From Takakia lepidozioides (lineage: Eukaryota; Plantae; Bryophyta), in assembly GCA_030704615.1 (NCBI GenBank), contig CM060733.1:28954001-29018000 (forward strand): DNA of 64,000 nt, given 5' to 3'. Position numbers and translations under genes: made by a program. Below the pieces are notes generated by a model, which made no database searches, was not told the DNA's origin, and saw nothing but the letters and a program-made list of their open reading frames with translations. Positions 1 through 12,511 of this stretch are shown here, in pieces. Numbering within the stretch: position 1 is the stretch's first letter; every line of letters starts with the position of its first letter.

Positions 1-2235
1 CAGATTCTGGGTGTAGTAGGCTCCGGGCCCAGGGGTTTGAGGTGCTAAAACAATGTCCCTGCGTTTGGCAAGGCTGTATGCTGGACCTGCTGACTTTGGC
101 CGGATATCATACTCCCCTGGCCCGGGGAAGGGTGTTAAATCTGTGACAGGGTGTCTTCCTGCAATTGTATAAGCCGGCGCGGCACTCTTGACATAGCACA
201 CGTATTCCCCTGGGCCAGGTCCTGGGTCTACTTTCGATTCCTCCCGCCTCCCTGCAATTGTGAAGGCTGGGACACTAGAGAATGTGTGTGTGTTATATTC
301 GCCAGGACCTGGGCACCTTTCAGATTTATCTGATCGATAGCGCCTCGCCATGGTGAAGGCTGGGGCACTGTGAGGGGTGACAATCTGATATGCCCCAGGG
401 CCTGGGCCAGGTGTTGGATCAACCACTTCTGTCCTCATACCCATCTTGAATGCTGGAGTATGATGATTTGTTTGCACATTGTAGGCACCAGGGCCAGGAG
501 AGTCGATGTAGTCTTTGTCTCTGTATCTACTGGCTATGGTGAAGGCTGGAGCATGTGGAGCTAGTCCACTGTCATATGCCCCTGGTCCTGGAACATCCTC
601 TGCATGGCCCTTTGCCCGGGCCCCGGCAATGCTGAAAGCAGGCCCAACATGCACAGGTACAAGATTATATGCACCAGGACCTGGGCTTGAGGTGGTCGTC
701 CTTTCCTTGTAGTGGGACCCCATAGAGTAAGCTGGTGGTTTGTTGGTGACCTGTTTGATGTCAGGAGCATATTCACCGGGGCCAGGGCTATCAGCTGTCT
801 GCATCAATGGATACCTTCCAGCAATTGTGTATGCTGGTGAGCTGACAGTTTTGTTATCATTGTAGGTGCCAGGGCCAGGACTGTCTTCCATCCCAAGCTG
901 ACCAAAGCGCTGAGCTATGGTGTAGGCAGGGCCACTGTTGTTCTTAGGTGCACTATATGAACCTGGCCCAGGACCCTCGTCACTATGGCTGCATGGGTAC
1001 CTTGATTGTATAGTGTAAGCTGGGCCATCCACCTTGCTCTTTAAGTTGTATGCGCCTGGTCCAGGGGTGTTGTTAGTGTCATGGTCAGAATGCCTGGTCC
1101 CAATTGTGAAGGCTGGTGTATAATGCCCTGGCATAGCATATGCACCGGGTCCCGGTGTGATGTCCCTAGGGCCTGTACCATGCCGCCCAGGTAGACTATA
1201 AGCTGGAGAACTTGATTTAATCTTCACATCATAGGCCCCAGGCCCAGGACCAGTGTTATATCCTCGTGTGGTGGTCCGGCCAGCTATAGCCCTCCCAGTT
1301 AAGCTGTAAGCAGATGAACTATATCTTTTCATTGGGTCGTACGCTCCTGGCCCAGGGCTCAATTCTTGGGGGCCGTAAGTGTACCGACGTGCGATTGTGT
1401 AGCAAGGGCTGACAGGTCTTGGGCCTGGATCGTATGCACCGGGCCCCGGGCTATTATCTCTTAAGTCATCATCTCTTCTCCCAGCAATGGAGTATGCGGG
1501 TCCTGATGGCTGAGCACGTGGGTGATATTCCCCGGGGCCTGGGCTCACATAGCCTGTATGTTCCTTCACCCGGCTGCTTATAGTGTAGGCAGGGCCCCTC
1601 TCACGCTTGTCTATATTATAGGCTCCTGGTCCTGGCTTTTCTTCTTGCTGTCCACCTTCAAATCGCTTTGCAAGGCTACAAGCAGGTACCCTGGCGTGGA
1701 GTGCCTTCACATTGTATGCCCCAGGCCCAGGCGAGTCTTCATTTAGAGCATCGTGTGTGCGTTTGCCAATGGTATATGCTGGGGCACCTGACCTGCTGAA
1801 GTTGTCATAGGCTCCAGGCCCTGGGGTGCGGGTCGATGGAACATTGCGTGCCCTTGCTGCAAGGGTGTAAGCTGGGCCAAGTCTTTTCCTTGGAATGTCG
1901 TAGGCTCCAGGGCCGGGGGTTCTGGTGCTGTGTCCACTGCGATACCTCGAAGCAATGCTATAGCACGGGGCAGCAGCCTTGGTGAATTCTGTGTTTGATG
2001 TGTAACTCCCTGGGCCAGGGCCCTGATCTCCCCCCTTTGTACCCCATCTACCTGGAATGGTGTAGGCCAGGCCTTTTGACTCCGTACGTGGATTGTATGT
2101 TCCAGGTCCAGGTTGTGAAGCATCAGTATGTTGTTTTGTCCGCTTGCCAATGGAATATGCCGGTGCTTGGGGGCTGATAGCTCGTTCGTTGGGGTTGTAG
2201 GCCCCTGGCCCTGGATTTTCATTCCAGTAATCCAT
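1..2235 (-). CDS. Sperm-tail PG-rich (SHIPPO/STPG, ODF3-like) repeat protein, 3' end runs off the window
   Basis: Minus-strand frame from ATG at 2235 (MDYWNENPGPGAYNPNERAISPQAPAYSIGKR...) to PGPGAYYTQNL at position 1. About 24-25 PGPG[AT]Y...P.Y[ST]I repeats with a period near 93 nt. The repeat Tyr codons checked at 2199, 1050, 483 and 18 share one frame. It is probably missing from the ORF track because it has no stop inside the window. Confidence 0.88.
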   Translation of the reverse strand, partial: MDYWNENPGPGAYNPNERAISPQAPAYSIGKRTKQHTDASQPGPGTYNPRTESKGLAYTIPGRWGTKGGDQGPGPGSYTSNTEFTKAAAPCYSIASRYRSGHSTRTPGPGAYDIPRKRLGPAYTLAARARNVPSTRTPGPGAYDNFSRSGAPAYTIGKRTHDALNEDSPGPGAYNVKALHARVPACSLAKRFEGGQQEEKPGPGAYNIDKRERGPAYTISSRVKEHTGYVSPGPGEYHPRAQPSGPAYSIAGRRDDDLRDNSPGPGAYDPGPRPVSPCYTIARRYTYGPQELSPGPGAYDPMKRYSSSAYSLTGRAIAGRTTTRGYNTGPGPGAYDVKIKSSSPAYSLPGRHGTGPRDITPGPGAYAMPGHYTPAFTIGTRHSDHDTNNTPGPGAYNLKSKVDGPAYTIQSRYPCSHSDEGPGPGSYSAPKNNSGPAYTIAQRFGQLGMEDSPGPGTYNDNKTVSSPAYTIAGRYPLMQTADSPGPGEYAPDIKQVTNKPPAYSMGSHYKERTTTSSPGPGAYNLVPVHVGPAFSIAGARAKGHAEDVPGPGAYDSGLAPHAPAFTIASRYRDKDYIDSPGPGAYNVQTNHHTPAFKMGMRTEVVDPTPGPGPGAYQIVTPHSAPAFTMARRYRSDKSERCPGPGEYNTHTFSSVPAFTIAGRREESKVDPGPGPGEYVCYVKSAAPAYTIAGRHPVTDLTPFPGPGEYDIRPKSAGPAYSLAKRRDIVLAPQTPGPGAYYTQNL

Positions 2236-5200
2236 GGTTCTTTCTGCTGTGGTTGATGTAGCTTGATAGTGGCTCAGCGCAACACCTTCAGTGGTGTTGT
2301 GTCAAATTGAGTGCCCTGGTGGGATTGAGACAGATAATTTCATGCTCCTCGAGACGCAAGAAAGGGAGGTAGTTTTGAAATAGGGTAGGTTGGTGGAGGA
2401 ATAGCTGGAAGAAGGGAGGTATGTGTGTCTTGGATTCTGCATTTTCTCACTCTAAGCATGAATTGCAATTTCTGAAGCAACTGTGCTATATCTACTACAG
2501 TGAGCTTGGTTGAACGTCAACACTCCATCAACCCTGTTACTCAAGCTTTGTACAGTGGCTATGACATGCCTTGTGAGTAGAAAGCCCCCGTGCGGCTGCA
2601 GATGGTTAGAAAACCACTGCCCTCAAGTAGTTGTAACAGCCTACAGTCAATGATCAAAAGGCAAAGGCATGATTATGTAGTTTGTTACTCTATCGAAAGT
2701 TCTGTAAACTTCTGACGCAGGATTCCTCCTTCGTAAGAAATGAATAGGATCTCTCTCTCTCTCTTTCTCTCCCCCTCTCCCTCTAGTTGCTTGTGGCTCC
2801 TCTCTCTTTCTTGTTTCTTCCCTTGTCCCATAAGCTCTCTGAGCTTTCTGCAGACATTATAAAGTACCATTTCATCTCATTTCTCTCCCAACAAACAGCA
2901 TGAGTACAACTTTAAAGTTCTGGCCACACGGCTACAGCATCCGTCTCATGAGTGCATCCTCTCACCTTTAAAGCCCCTTCCTGTTTCTCTCTGTTCTTTC
3001 TTGATCTTGCTTGTTTCACCTAAAACACTGACTGCAACCGATCAATTTTACTAGGTGTGCAAGCTCCCATGAAGTGGGATTCCTAGGTCGTATGCCCAGA
3101 TAAGCATACAGAGGGAAGAGATGTGAGGATGGAGATGGATGTGACAAGTCAACTACGTCATCAACTACTAGCCTCTGTGTCTGTTTACTGTGGTCCATGG
3201 GCCTCTTGGGGTTGCCCAAAATTTACTTGGTACCTCTCTCTTGGCCGCTGGCCGCCCGACAATGCATGAGGTCTACAGAGGGGCACCTGATCTGGAAGGA
3301 AGGAGAGTCAAGCCATGGCGGAGAGAAGCGAGAGAGTTGAATACTCTCTCTCTCTCTCTCTCTATCTGTCTTGTGGATGACACTGGCTGCCTTGATAGAG
3401 GGAACAGGAGATGGCGAAGGGACGCGAATGGCAGTTAATGTCAGCTGAAATGTAGGCCGTTACAGTTTGGCGAAGCGTTTCGATCATACATCCATCAGCA
3501 TCCATGATCAGGACATCCATCCTTGTGGCTCTCGAATGACCTTCATCCATGGATGAATGAGAGACTGTCATCCATCCCAGCTGCTCTCCTCCTCTTCTTC
3601 GCCGCATTTGTGAGCTCTGGAAGACCCACTTGGAATGGTGCTTTCATATTTCCACCTGTGAAGTCTGAGCAGCAGTATGACCGTGGGGAAGAAGCTCGGT
3701 CTAGCGTAGCTGCACCACTGTATTCTTCAGGGACTACTTGGATAAGCAAGGGCCTACTATCTCCCATTGTTTGCATCTACATCTCTAGAAGAAAAGTTCA
3801 CTTATTTCAAACTTTTACCAGTCGAAAGCAGCGAACCGAAGTGCTAAAGTGCACAGATGGTCTTATTCACCATATAAACAGGACTGTAGATTTGTCAATC
3901 ATCTTCTACATTGGAAGTGTGTGCTGGGGCAGTGACATTGCATTACGGTCTGAAGTCTAAATGTAAGATTGTGCCACCTGTGAAACAGTGATTCTTCCTC
4001 AGACTGCCTTTGGCACTGCGAACGCGAAGTTACAAGAGAGATGCAGTTGCACTGGCGAGACTGGAGTCCGTCCCCACCACTTAGTTGGACCTCTGGTCAT
4101 CAATTGGTAGACCCTCGTGGCACTGAAAGTTGAGGTTGACGTCATTTACCGGGGCAGGACATCCCTCTGAATGGAAAACATCCATGATAACTCGGGAAAT
4201 TTTTAAGGACATCAACATCTGAATTCCAGTTGATACAGAGTAAAAATGGTGGAAACAAGATCTCTTGAATGATGAAACGATCAAAGCTAAACTGACCGAC
4301 TACTGGATGTTGATCTCACACCTCTAGATATTGCCTCGATCGAAAATTTCGAAATGTCTCCGGAAGGGAGTATCTCTCTGGTTACCCGAGAACTCTATCT
4401 CTAATCCACTGGCTCCAAGACATGTTTCAACTCTCTACCCTAGACTATGCTGCTGGAAGATTCTCTGCCCGAATCTCTTTCCTCTGCACCCTATATATTG
4501 TACACACTGATATTGTACAGGCTGCGTGGTCAATCTAACATGTGGTACTGAGAACTGCTTTCCCGAGACTGCAAACACCACTTACCTTCAAGTAGTTCAT
4601 TCTGTCTTGGCGTCCATATGGATCTCTTGGTAGTACCTACTACGCTTTAAATTAATCTCTTCTAAACTTCTTCTGCCTGTCGAATGCAGGACGTACAGGA
4701 ACCCGTCCTCAACACATACTAAAACTCCCGGGGCATAAATTCTAGGAAAGAGATCGATCATCTCTGAACCTGGCGCAGAAAACTCCCTGCCGCATGCCCT
4801 TCCCGGAGTTGTTGATATTCTATTCACACAGCTCTTGAATCTCTTGCCGGAGCTCTGTCACTCTGTGAATGACCCAGTTATCTTAACTAACTGTAAGTGG
4901 GGACATCGGTCCCCCTTTATTTAGCGCTAACGGTTGACACTGCAAGTGGGGTGGCAGGGCCCTAAAGATTTAGGCTAACAGTGGAATTAACCTAACCCTA
5001 ATTATAAAATGGTTGTAAAGCCTTCACTCATGTGCAAGACCAAAACCTGGCATTGGCTGGCAGTGAGTGTACCAGTGAAGGAGGGAGGCACTGTACAGAT
5101 AAACAGAGCTATGGTGTCAGAGCTGCTGCAAGCATTATTTGATATGCTGGTAGCAGGGTTCTCACTTGCTGTGGCCACGGGGATCTTTGCCTTCATCGCA

Positions 5201-6472
5201 TGGGTGTTCGTTTCAGTTGCATTTGTGAAGGCCGTGAAGATTGCGTCACCAGGCAGTGGCAGTCTGTAGTCACCAGCCTTACCATTGAACTAAGTGTGGC
5301 GGTTGGCTTGTTGTGTTATGGAGAAGCCTATGGGATGTAAATTGATTGGCTGGCATGCAGGCTGAGCCTCGGAGGAATTTTTGTATGATGTCTAGTTTTG
5401 AGACAATTGAGTTCAATTTTGCTCACCTCTTGTAGCTTCACTGCCCGCTCTCACCAGCAATTGAAGTTTGGATCTGCGTCATGGAAGTTTCTGGAGGTTT
5501 GCAGCATGATCTATGAGTCCTGGAGCTTCATGAGGTTTTTGATGTGATTTGCATTAGTTGATTTGCATTAGTTAGATTTGCATTAGTTGTATTGTATGTG
5601 TAGGTGTTAGTATTGTGCAATTCGAGTGCTTAGCATTGACAACTCATTACCGAAAATAACAGATATGGAAGTATGTCTCCCTAAAAACAAGGAGAATGTG
5701 CTGCAACAGTAACCTTGAACGCAACCGAATTCTCCATTCGCGCAGCACAAGGACACCAAAGATACTCAATTAGGAATGTTGCCAGAGGCGCCACTGCAGG
5801 CTGAGACCTAGAATGCCTCCTCTGCCTGCTTTCCCTCTCATCAAGGGCACACTTTGTTATGTCAGACATATGAGAGAGGGCCGTCTGGAAGAAGACACTC
5901 AAAAAGTGCTCCAAACAAGAAGAAGCGATACTCCCAAATTGAGGCTGTCTGGAGGAAGCCGGCTCGCTTGCATCGGTATCAGATCCGCCTGATTCTTTAA
6001 GCCTTTTGATGATCTCCTTCAAAGTAAGCCCCCACTTTATTGCTTGGCAGAAAAATCCTCAATATAGATTCTCACTAATCGGAGCTTCATTCTTCTGCTG
6101 ATGGTGATCATGATGAGATATGCAACTACACCTTCCTCACAATTTAGAGCCATGTTGCTTTTGAATTCGAAACTTTCACTGTTCTTCCCTTGAACGCAAA
6201 CGATGGTGTATAGAAACTCGCGACGGAGGTGGCCCTCCCGACGGACGAAGAGGAACATTTCCGGACGGATTGGACGGAAATAGGACGAAGAGTGCTAACG
6301 AAGAGAGTCGTCGGTTACAGCAGGAAAGAAAGACAGGCGTGCGAAGGTTGTGGTGGTAGTCACGGTTTCTGAAAATTGGCGCCATTGTGCTGATCTGCCT
6401 CCTCTCCGCCGTGTCTGTCGTTGTGCTCTTCTTTCTTGCAGAAGGGGGATCAGGAAATATCCTGCAGGCATC

Positions 6473-9400
6473 ATGGCTTTCGGGGTGAGTTTTCTTTGGG
6501 TTTCTTTTCTTTCGTTGAGCAGAGGGGGTCTGTTGCAGTTCTTGTGGTTGTTAGATTGATGGATTCTCTTGGAATTGCGATTAAGGAGGAGTTAGAAGTA
6601 TTGCTTCGATCTCCGTTTGTGTGTAGAATGGATATTGGAGTCTGGAGAGGGAGATAGTTTTTCATTGGCTTTTGTCGTGGAAATATGGTATTTTGGGGGA
6701 GGGCGGTGCTGTGAAAGATTGTGAGTGAAGGAAAGGAGTGGAGACTGGTTTATTGAGGTTATTGAGGTTCGGAGCAGGGTTGGGGTTCTGCAATGTGGTA
6801 GAGTAGTACCGCTCTACATACTAGGTTTAGGGTTTTAGAGATGGAGGTACTCTTTAGGACTTTGCTTTCCGTAGCCTTATGGTCACTGACCAAGTGCCCG
6901 TTTAGGACACTGAGAGAAACAATAAGAAAGATATGAACTCTTGTGAAGTGCTCGCAACGCCCAAAGAGCTTATGAGAAAGTAGTTCAGGCCCAATAAAAG
7001 AAACGACCAGAAACCAGGCATGAAGTGCTGTACGAAGATGAATGCCTTATGAAGGCAAAACATTTCCTGGTCTTGAGAACTGCTAGGACAAGGTCGCTTC
7101 ATAGCTTGTGTATTTTGAGGGGCCGCAGGAACTGGAAACAGGTTAGCAATAGACAGGCAGGTAGGCAAGCGTACCACACTCAGAAATACTACTGTAAATG
7201 TACTAATAAGACTGGTTTGCCAGAACCTATAAAAGTACTACTGTAAAATAATCTAGTTAGCGTTAGCAAAGAGAGAGATACCTAGAGTTGTAATGGTGAT
7301 GAAGGCCCTCATGATGTTTTGCTTTACTCACGTTTGTCTTGCTTGTATCCTGGTGGCCCTTGATATGCAAAGGGGGAAAGTCTGTTTAAATCAGATGCTA
7401 TGGAAGAGAAGGGGGAGCGGGCCAGATTGGTACACCTCATAACCTCTTCCTCTCTCCCTCTCTAAATTTTATGAACAAGGTCTGATTAGTATGTTCTCTT
7501 TAAAATTTGTTCCTTGTTTTCTCTTTGTGTATCTTAAGCCCCAATCCGTTCATGGATGGACAGTGCACTTTGAAGTTCCAATACAATATTTTTCTGAAAA
7601 TGTATTGCTCTTTGTTTCAATATATGAGTTTGAGTGGCTGAATGAAGGTTGATGGAAATGCAGGCGTCATTCATTGGTGCCATTGCTATAGCAGACCTTG
7701 TGAAGACAACTCTTGGTCCTAAAGGAATGGTAAGTTTCTTCCAGTTTTCCAATGTCGAGTTCCTTTCTTGTCCTTTGCCTTGGGTTTATCGCATATTCTT
7801 TCCTGCTGTGGATCCTTGGAAATTTTCCTTCATTCTTCATCATGTCGATTCTCAGAGAAAAATTAGCATCAGCAATGCATTTTAATATTAATACAGGCTT
7901 TGTACCTATATGTGTTGCTTGATCAAAGAACTCAAACATTAGGTTTGGCCCATGTTCCTCCTCTCAGGATAAAATCCTGCAATCAACAGGCAGAGGCCAT
8001 ACTGTCACAGTGACAAACGATGGTGCTACCATTTTGAAGTCGTTGCATGTCGACAACCCAGCTGCCAAAGTTCTCGTTGGTATTATTTTTGGACTTCAAA
8101 GAGGAAGATGGAGAAGAGTATATCTTTAGAGTGTGTTAGTGTCGCCTTTTGTGGAAAGACCCCTCACCCAGGTTTGATAGTGGGAGGTCAAGAGGTTAGC
8201 AAGATATGAACCCACAGAAACTCGTAGCTCTCATTAGCCTCCCTTTCATAAACCCGTAGGTTATTATCACTTCAATTTTATATACAATGTTTTGATATTG
8301 CTCTACAATAGGGCGTTCATACGTGCCTAATCGCAGAGGTTGTGGTCACTACCATCGCTATTGATTTTCCTGTGGATAGGATTGAGCTGACCAGAGAACT
8401 TCAGGAGTAGAGTCAAGCAGCCCTTTGAGTTTGAAAGGCTGTACATCACAACCAGACAGTGTGTTGGGAATTTCTAAACACACACACATTGATCAAAGTT
8501 GCAAGGCTGAACGAGGGTTTCTTGGGTGTTTGGAAATAGACATATCCAAAGTGCAAGATGATGAGGTTGGGGACGGGACCACCTCTGTTGTGGTGTTGGC
8601 TGGAGAATTGTTGAGGGAGGCAGAGAAGCTGGTTGCCCTCAATATCCACCCCATGACTATCATTGCTGGTGAGACTCATCATTGTCAGTTTGAATGATAG
8701 TAATTGAGTCTTCAGAGTCTTTTAGGGGATCTGAGTTGCCTTGTTATTAACATGTAAGTTATGTGAGCTTTGCAGAGAAGGTCTCAATGTTGATTTAGCT
8801 TTGAATGGTTCTTTGTGCTTGCTTTGATTGCAGTCTGTTTTATGTGTGTATATGGATGGAATTTATATGCGCAGGTTATCGAATGGCAGCTGATACAGCT
8901 CGCAGTGCTTTAGAGAACCATGTCAGGGACCATAGAAAGGATCCAGGTACCATTGGACTCTCCGTTGCTTCTTCCATGCACTGACATCTGACTTTCTATA
9001 CAGTACTTCAAAATTAGCCTCAAATTTTGAAGGAAAGGTGGTTTGCTTGATGAAGGACATATATCACTGGGGTATGAGCTAAAGATTATTTCTCCTTTCC
9101 TGTTGTTGTAGAGAGGTTTCGCTCGGACCTTTTGAACATTGCAATGACGACATTGAGCTCCAAGATCCTGGCACAGGACAAGGTGCACTTTGCAAAGCTC
9201 GCTGTGGATGCAGTCATGCGACTGAAGGTATTATTTGACATCGGTTGGTTTTTCTGTACATTCTGTGAGACCTCAAGACGCCAGATAAGATAGTAGGTAT
9301 AATTGGTACTATCCTGGGCCAAGTTTTAGCTCTCTTCGTAAACATGTATTTATTCAGACCACTTCAACTTGCAACCTCCCTGGCTAACAGACTTGTCCCC

Positions 9401-12400
9401 TTCGATACTGTCCCCTCCATTGGAAGGTGATGCTGAACAATCACCCGTTTTAGTAGATAATTTGTGGGAATGCTGTAGACTTTATGGTTGCATTTGGACT
9501 CACTTTGTTGTCACACCCGAACATGATGACAGGGAAGTAACAACTTGGAAGCCATTCAGATAATCAAGAAGGCAGGAGGCTCATTAAAGGATTCCTTCCT
9601 GGATGAAGGGTAAGAGGTGTTGCTCTTTTGTCACATTGCCTGATATTTCCAACCCATTGTGAGTAATTCTGATATGATCATCATTGAAATAATCGTAGTA
9701 GTTGTTTATGGAGTACAAAGTGTCCTCTGCATCCTCCCACTCCACAGCACTCTCGCTTGGATACAGTGGTAGGATGTCCTACAACATATAAGAGAATCTA
9801 TTTGGAATCATGTCTTTACTTGACTGTAAGGGTAAGGGACAGATTGTGCACCAGAAAGGCCCCGGTCATGGCTATCAATACGCTTCAGGATCAAAGTAAA
9901 AACCAGCATCCTATCCAGGTAGTAGTTCCTAGCATTCAGCCAAAAAATATTTTGGTGATGGATCTGGTTGGAAGCCTAAGCGCTGATGGGCTGCCTATCA
10001 CCAATCAACATGGTGTGGGTTGACAGAGTGATAGTGGGATTGCTTTTAGTGGAAGGATCAGCTCATTACTTCCTGTGTGCGGTGACAGGTTCATTCTTGA
10101 CAAGAAAATTGGAGTGGGCCAGCCAAAACGAATTGAGGATGCCAACATCCTTGTAGCTAACACTGCCATGGACACTGACAAAATCAAGATTTATGGTGCC
10201 CGCGTGCGTGTGGATGCAATGTCTAAGGTTGCTGAGATCGAGGCCGCTGAGAAGTTGAAGATGAAAAGTAAAGTTGAGAAGATCATCACCCATGGAATCA
10301 ACTGCTTTGTGAACCGGCAACTTATTTATAACTTCCCAGAAGAGCTGTTTGCGGATGCAGGAATCATGGCTATAGAGCATGCTGATTTTGACGGTATTGA
10401 ACGTTTAGCACTAGTAACAGGTGGTGAAATCACATCAACTTTTGACGACCCTGAGACTGTGAAACTGGGGCACTGCAAGCTCATTGAGGAGATAATGATC
10501 GGGGAAGATAGGCTGATCCATTTTTCGGGTGTCGAATTGGGCCAGGCCTGCACCATTGTTCTCAGAGGAGCAAGGTATGGTTATGACATGGACCCTTCAT
10601 GCCCATTCCATGTTTCACCCCCTTGGAATGTCTACAGTTTAAGATGCTAGTATATAGAGACAAGCACTCATTATATGCAGAAAATAATAGAAATAATGTA
10701 AAATTTAATGCAAATGCGCGATCTGATGATACGTTCGTTGGACCTCACTTCCCTTGGCCTAATGATCATAGGCACAGTGCCTGTTTGAACCCAGTGGATT
10801 ACGAGGGGAGAGGAAGAGTGGTGAGAGGAGAGCAGATTCACTTGTGGAATGGGACCACACCTTGTGAATGAAGTTCATTTTTCCTTTCTCAATTCTTGTA
10901 AAAGGCTCTTTGACAGCATTCAACAGCCAGCCCAGTATTTAGGGCACAATGCTTGCAAGGGTCATGGGTTTCAAGACAGTGTCTGGATGTCACCCAGCTA
11001 TAAAAGGATTCATTGGGTCGACTGGTCACCTGTGTGTGGGTACTGAGGGGCTTTTCAGTCCTCTTGGAAATATTGCAGCAGCTACGCTGCCCTGGTTACG
11101 GCTGTCAAAAGCTGTCCATCTTCCAAGTAAGGCAGTCCTTCGGGGGGAAGAGACCATAATTTACGCTTGCTTTGGGAGCCAATTGCCAAACACTTCTGTG
11201 TAGTGAGAGAGTCGAGAAAAGCCTAGCTTGTCGCGCAAAATTGTGGTTCTGCAGCTGAAAATTTCTACGGGACACCTTGAAACACACCCATCATATGTAA
11301 AGTTCCAGTACCCTCAGTCGGGCGTATCAGTGCATAAGAGCTCCCGCATAGAATGGTGTCTTTGCAGCAAAATTTCAAGCTTGTGAGTAGTGTGAAAGGT
11401 AACTCCCAAGGATAGCTACTTAGACTTCACAGCAAGAAACTGTGATTGAGACAATCTTTTGTAAGTGCTATGCTTTGCATTTTCTTTGCCATAGAGAGCT
11501 ACTGATCTCATGTTTTGGGCTTGGCAGCTCGCATGTTTTGGATGAAGCAGAACGATCACTGCATGACGCACTGTGTGTGCTGGTACAGACAGTCCAGGAC
11601 AGCCGTGTGGTCTTGGGGGGTGGCTGGCCGGAGATTCTAATGGCCAAATATGTGGATGAGCTTGCCCGCAGAACCCCGGGCAAGAAATCAATTGCCATTG
11701 ATTCATTCTCTACTGCACTGCGCGCAATCCCTACCACAATTGCTGACAATGCTGGCTTGGATAGTGCCGACTTGGTGTCCCAGCTGCGGGCAGCCCATTC
11801 TGAAGAGGACAGCACCGCAGGAATTGATGTCATTACTGGAGAGGTGAGAGTTTAGAGTATCTATTCAACCTGGTGTTTTGTATTTGTGGAGCACGGCCGT
11901 TCTTGGCTTTCATGAAGGCACCCAGTGCACTTGTAGGCCAGGCCCTCATAACTCCAGTTTTTCCTGTTTTCGTACTTGTAGTTGAGCTAAACCAAACCCT
12001 TGCTCAGTCTTTTTTCATGTGCCAAACTGAGTGTCACTATCACAAGGGTTGTGTACATGGTATAGGTGGTCCTGATTCAAGGAACTTGTGCCCTATGTTG
12101 GAAATTATGGGTTGTTGTCCACCCAATGATGGGCAAGAGCACTGCCTGCCAGTACTGGGTATCTGAAGGCTATGGCTGGCTTCAATCTTGGGCGTTGGCT
12201 AGTTTACAAGAGAATATGCGTACTTACTTCGCAATCTCTTCTTATGTGGAGTTTTCCGGCACTCTGATTTCAGTGCTTGGGTGAACTAAAAGGATTAAAG
12301 TCTAAGCAAATGCCAGCTGTATTTTTCTCTAGTATTGTACTGATAACGTGCTTTTACTTGGTAGGTGGGTGACATGGAAACTCTAGGCATTTATGAGTCT

Positions 12401-12511
12401 TTCAAGGTGAAGCAGGCGGTACTCCTGTCGGCGACTGAGGCTTCAGAGATGATTCTACGGGTGGATGAGATAATCAAGTGTGCTCCCAGACAAAGAGAGG
12501 ACCGAATGTAG
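6473..12511 (+). CDS. CCT2: T-complex protein 1 subunit beta (CCT-beta), 11 exons
   Basis: Exons 6473-6484, 7373-7429, 7664-7729, 7968-8079, 8540-8668, 8875-8946, 9112-9227, 9533-9609, 10089-10574, 11528-11843, 12365-12511, all GT-AG. Motifs [55 protein letters not shown] and [13 protein letters not shown] are typical of CCT-beta. Confidence 0.96.

Noticed and set aside
151-2222. Short ORFs listed over the first 2.2 kb
   Set aside because: They are alternative-frame or antisense shadows of the PGPGAY-repeat frame.
3300-6300. Possible gene or LINE ORF1 remnant upstream of CCT2
   Set aside because: Only short ORFs with no motif I can support; perhaps decayed TE sequence.
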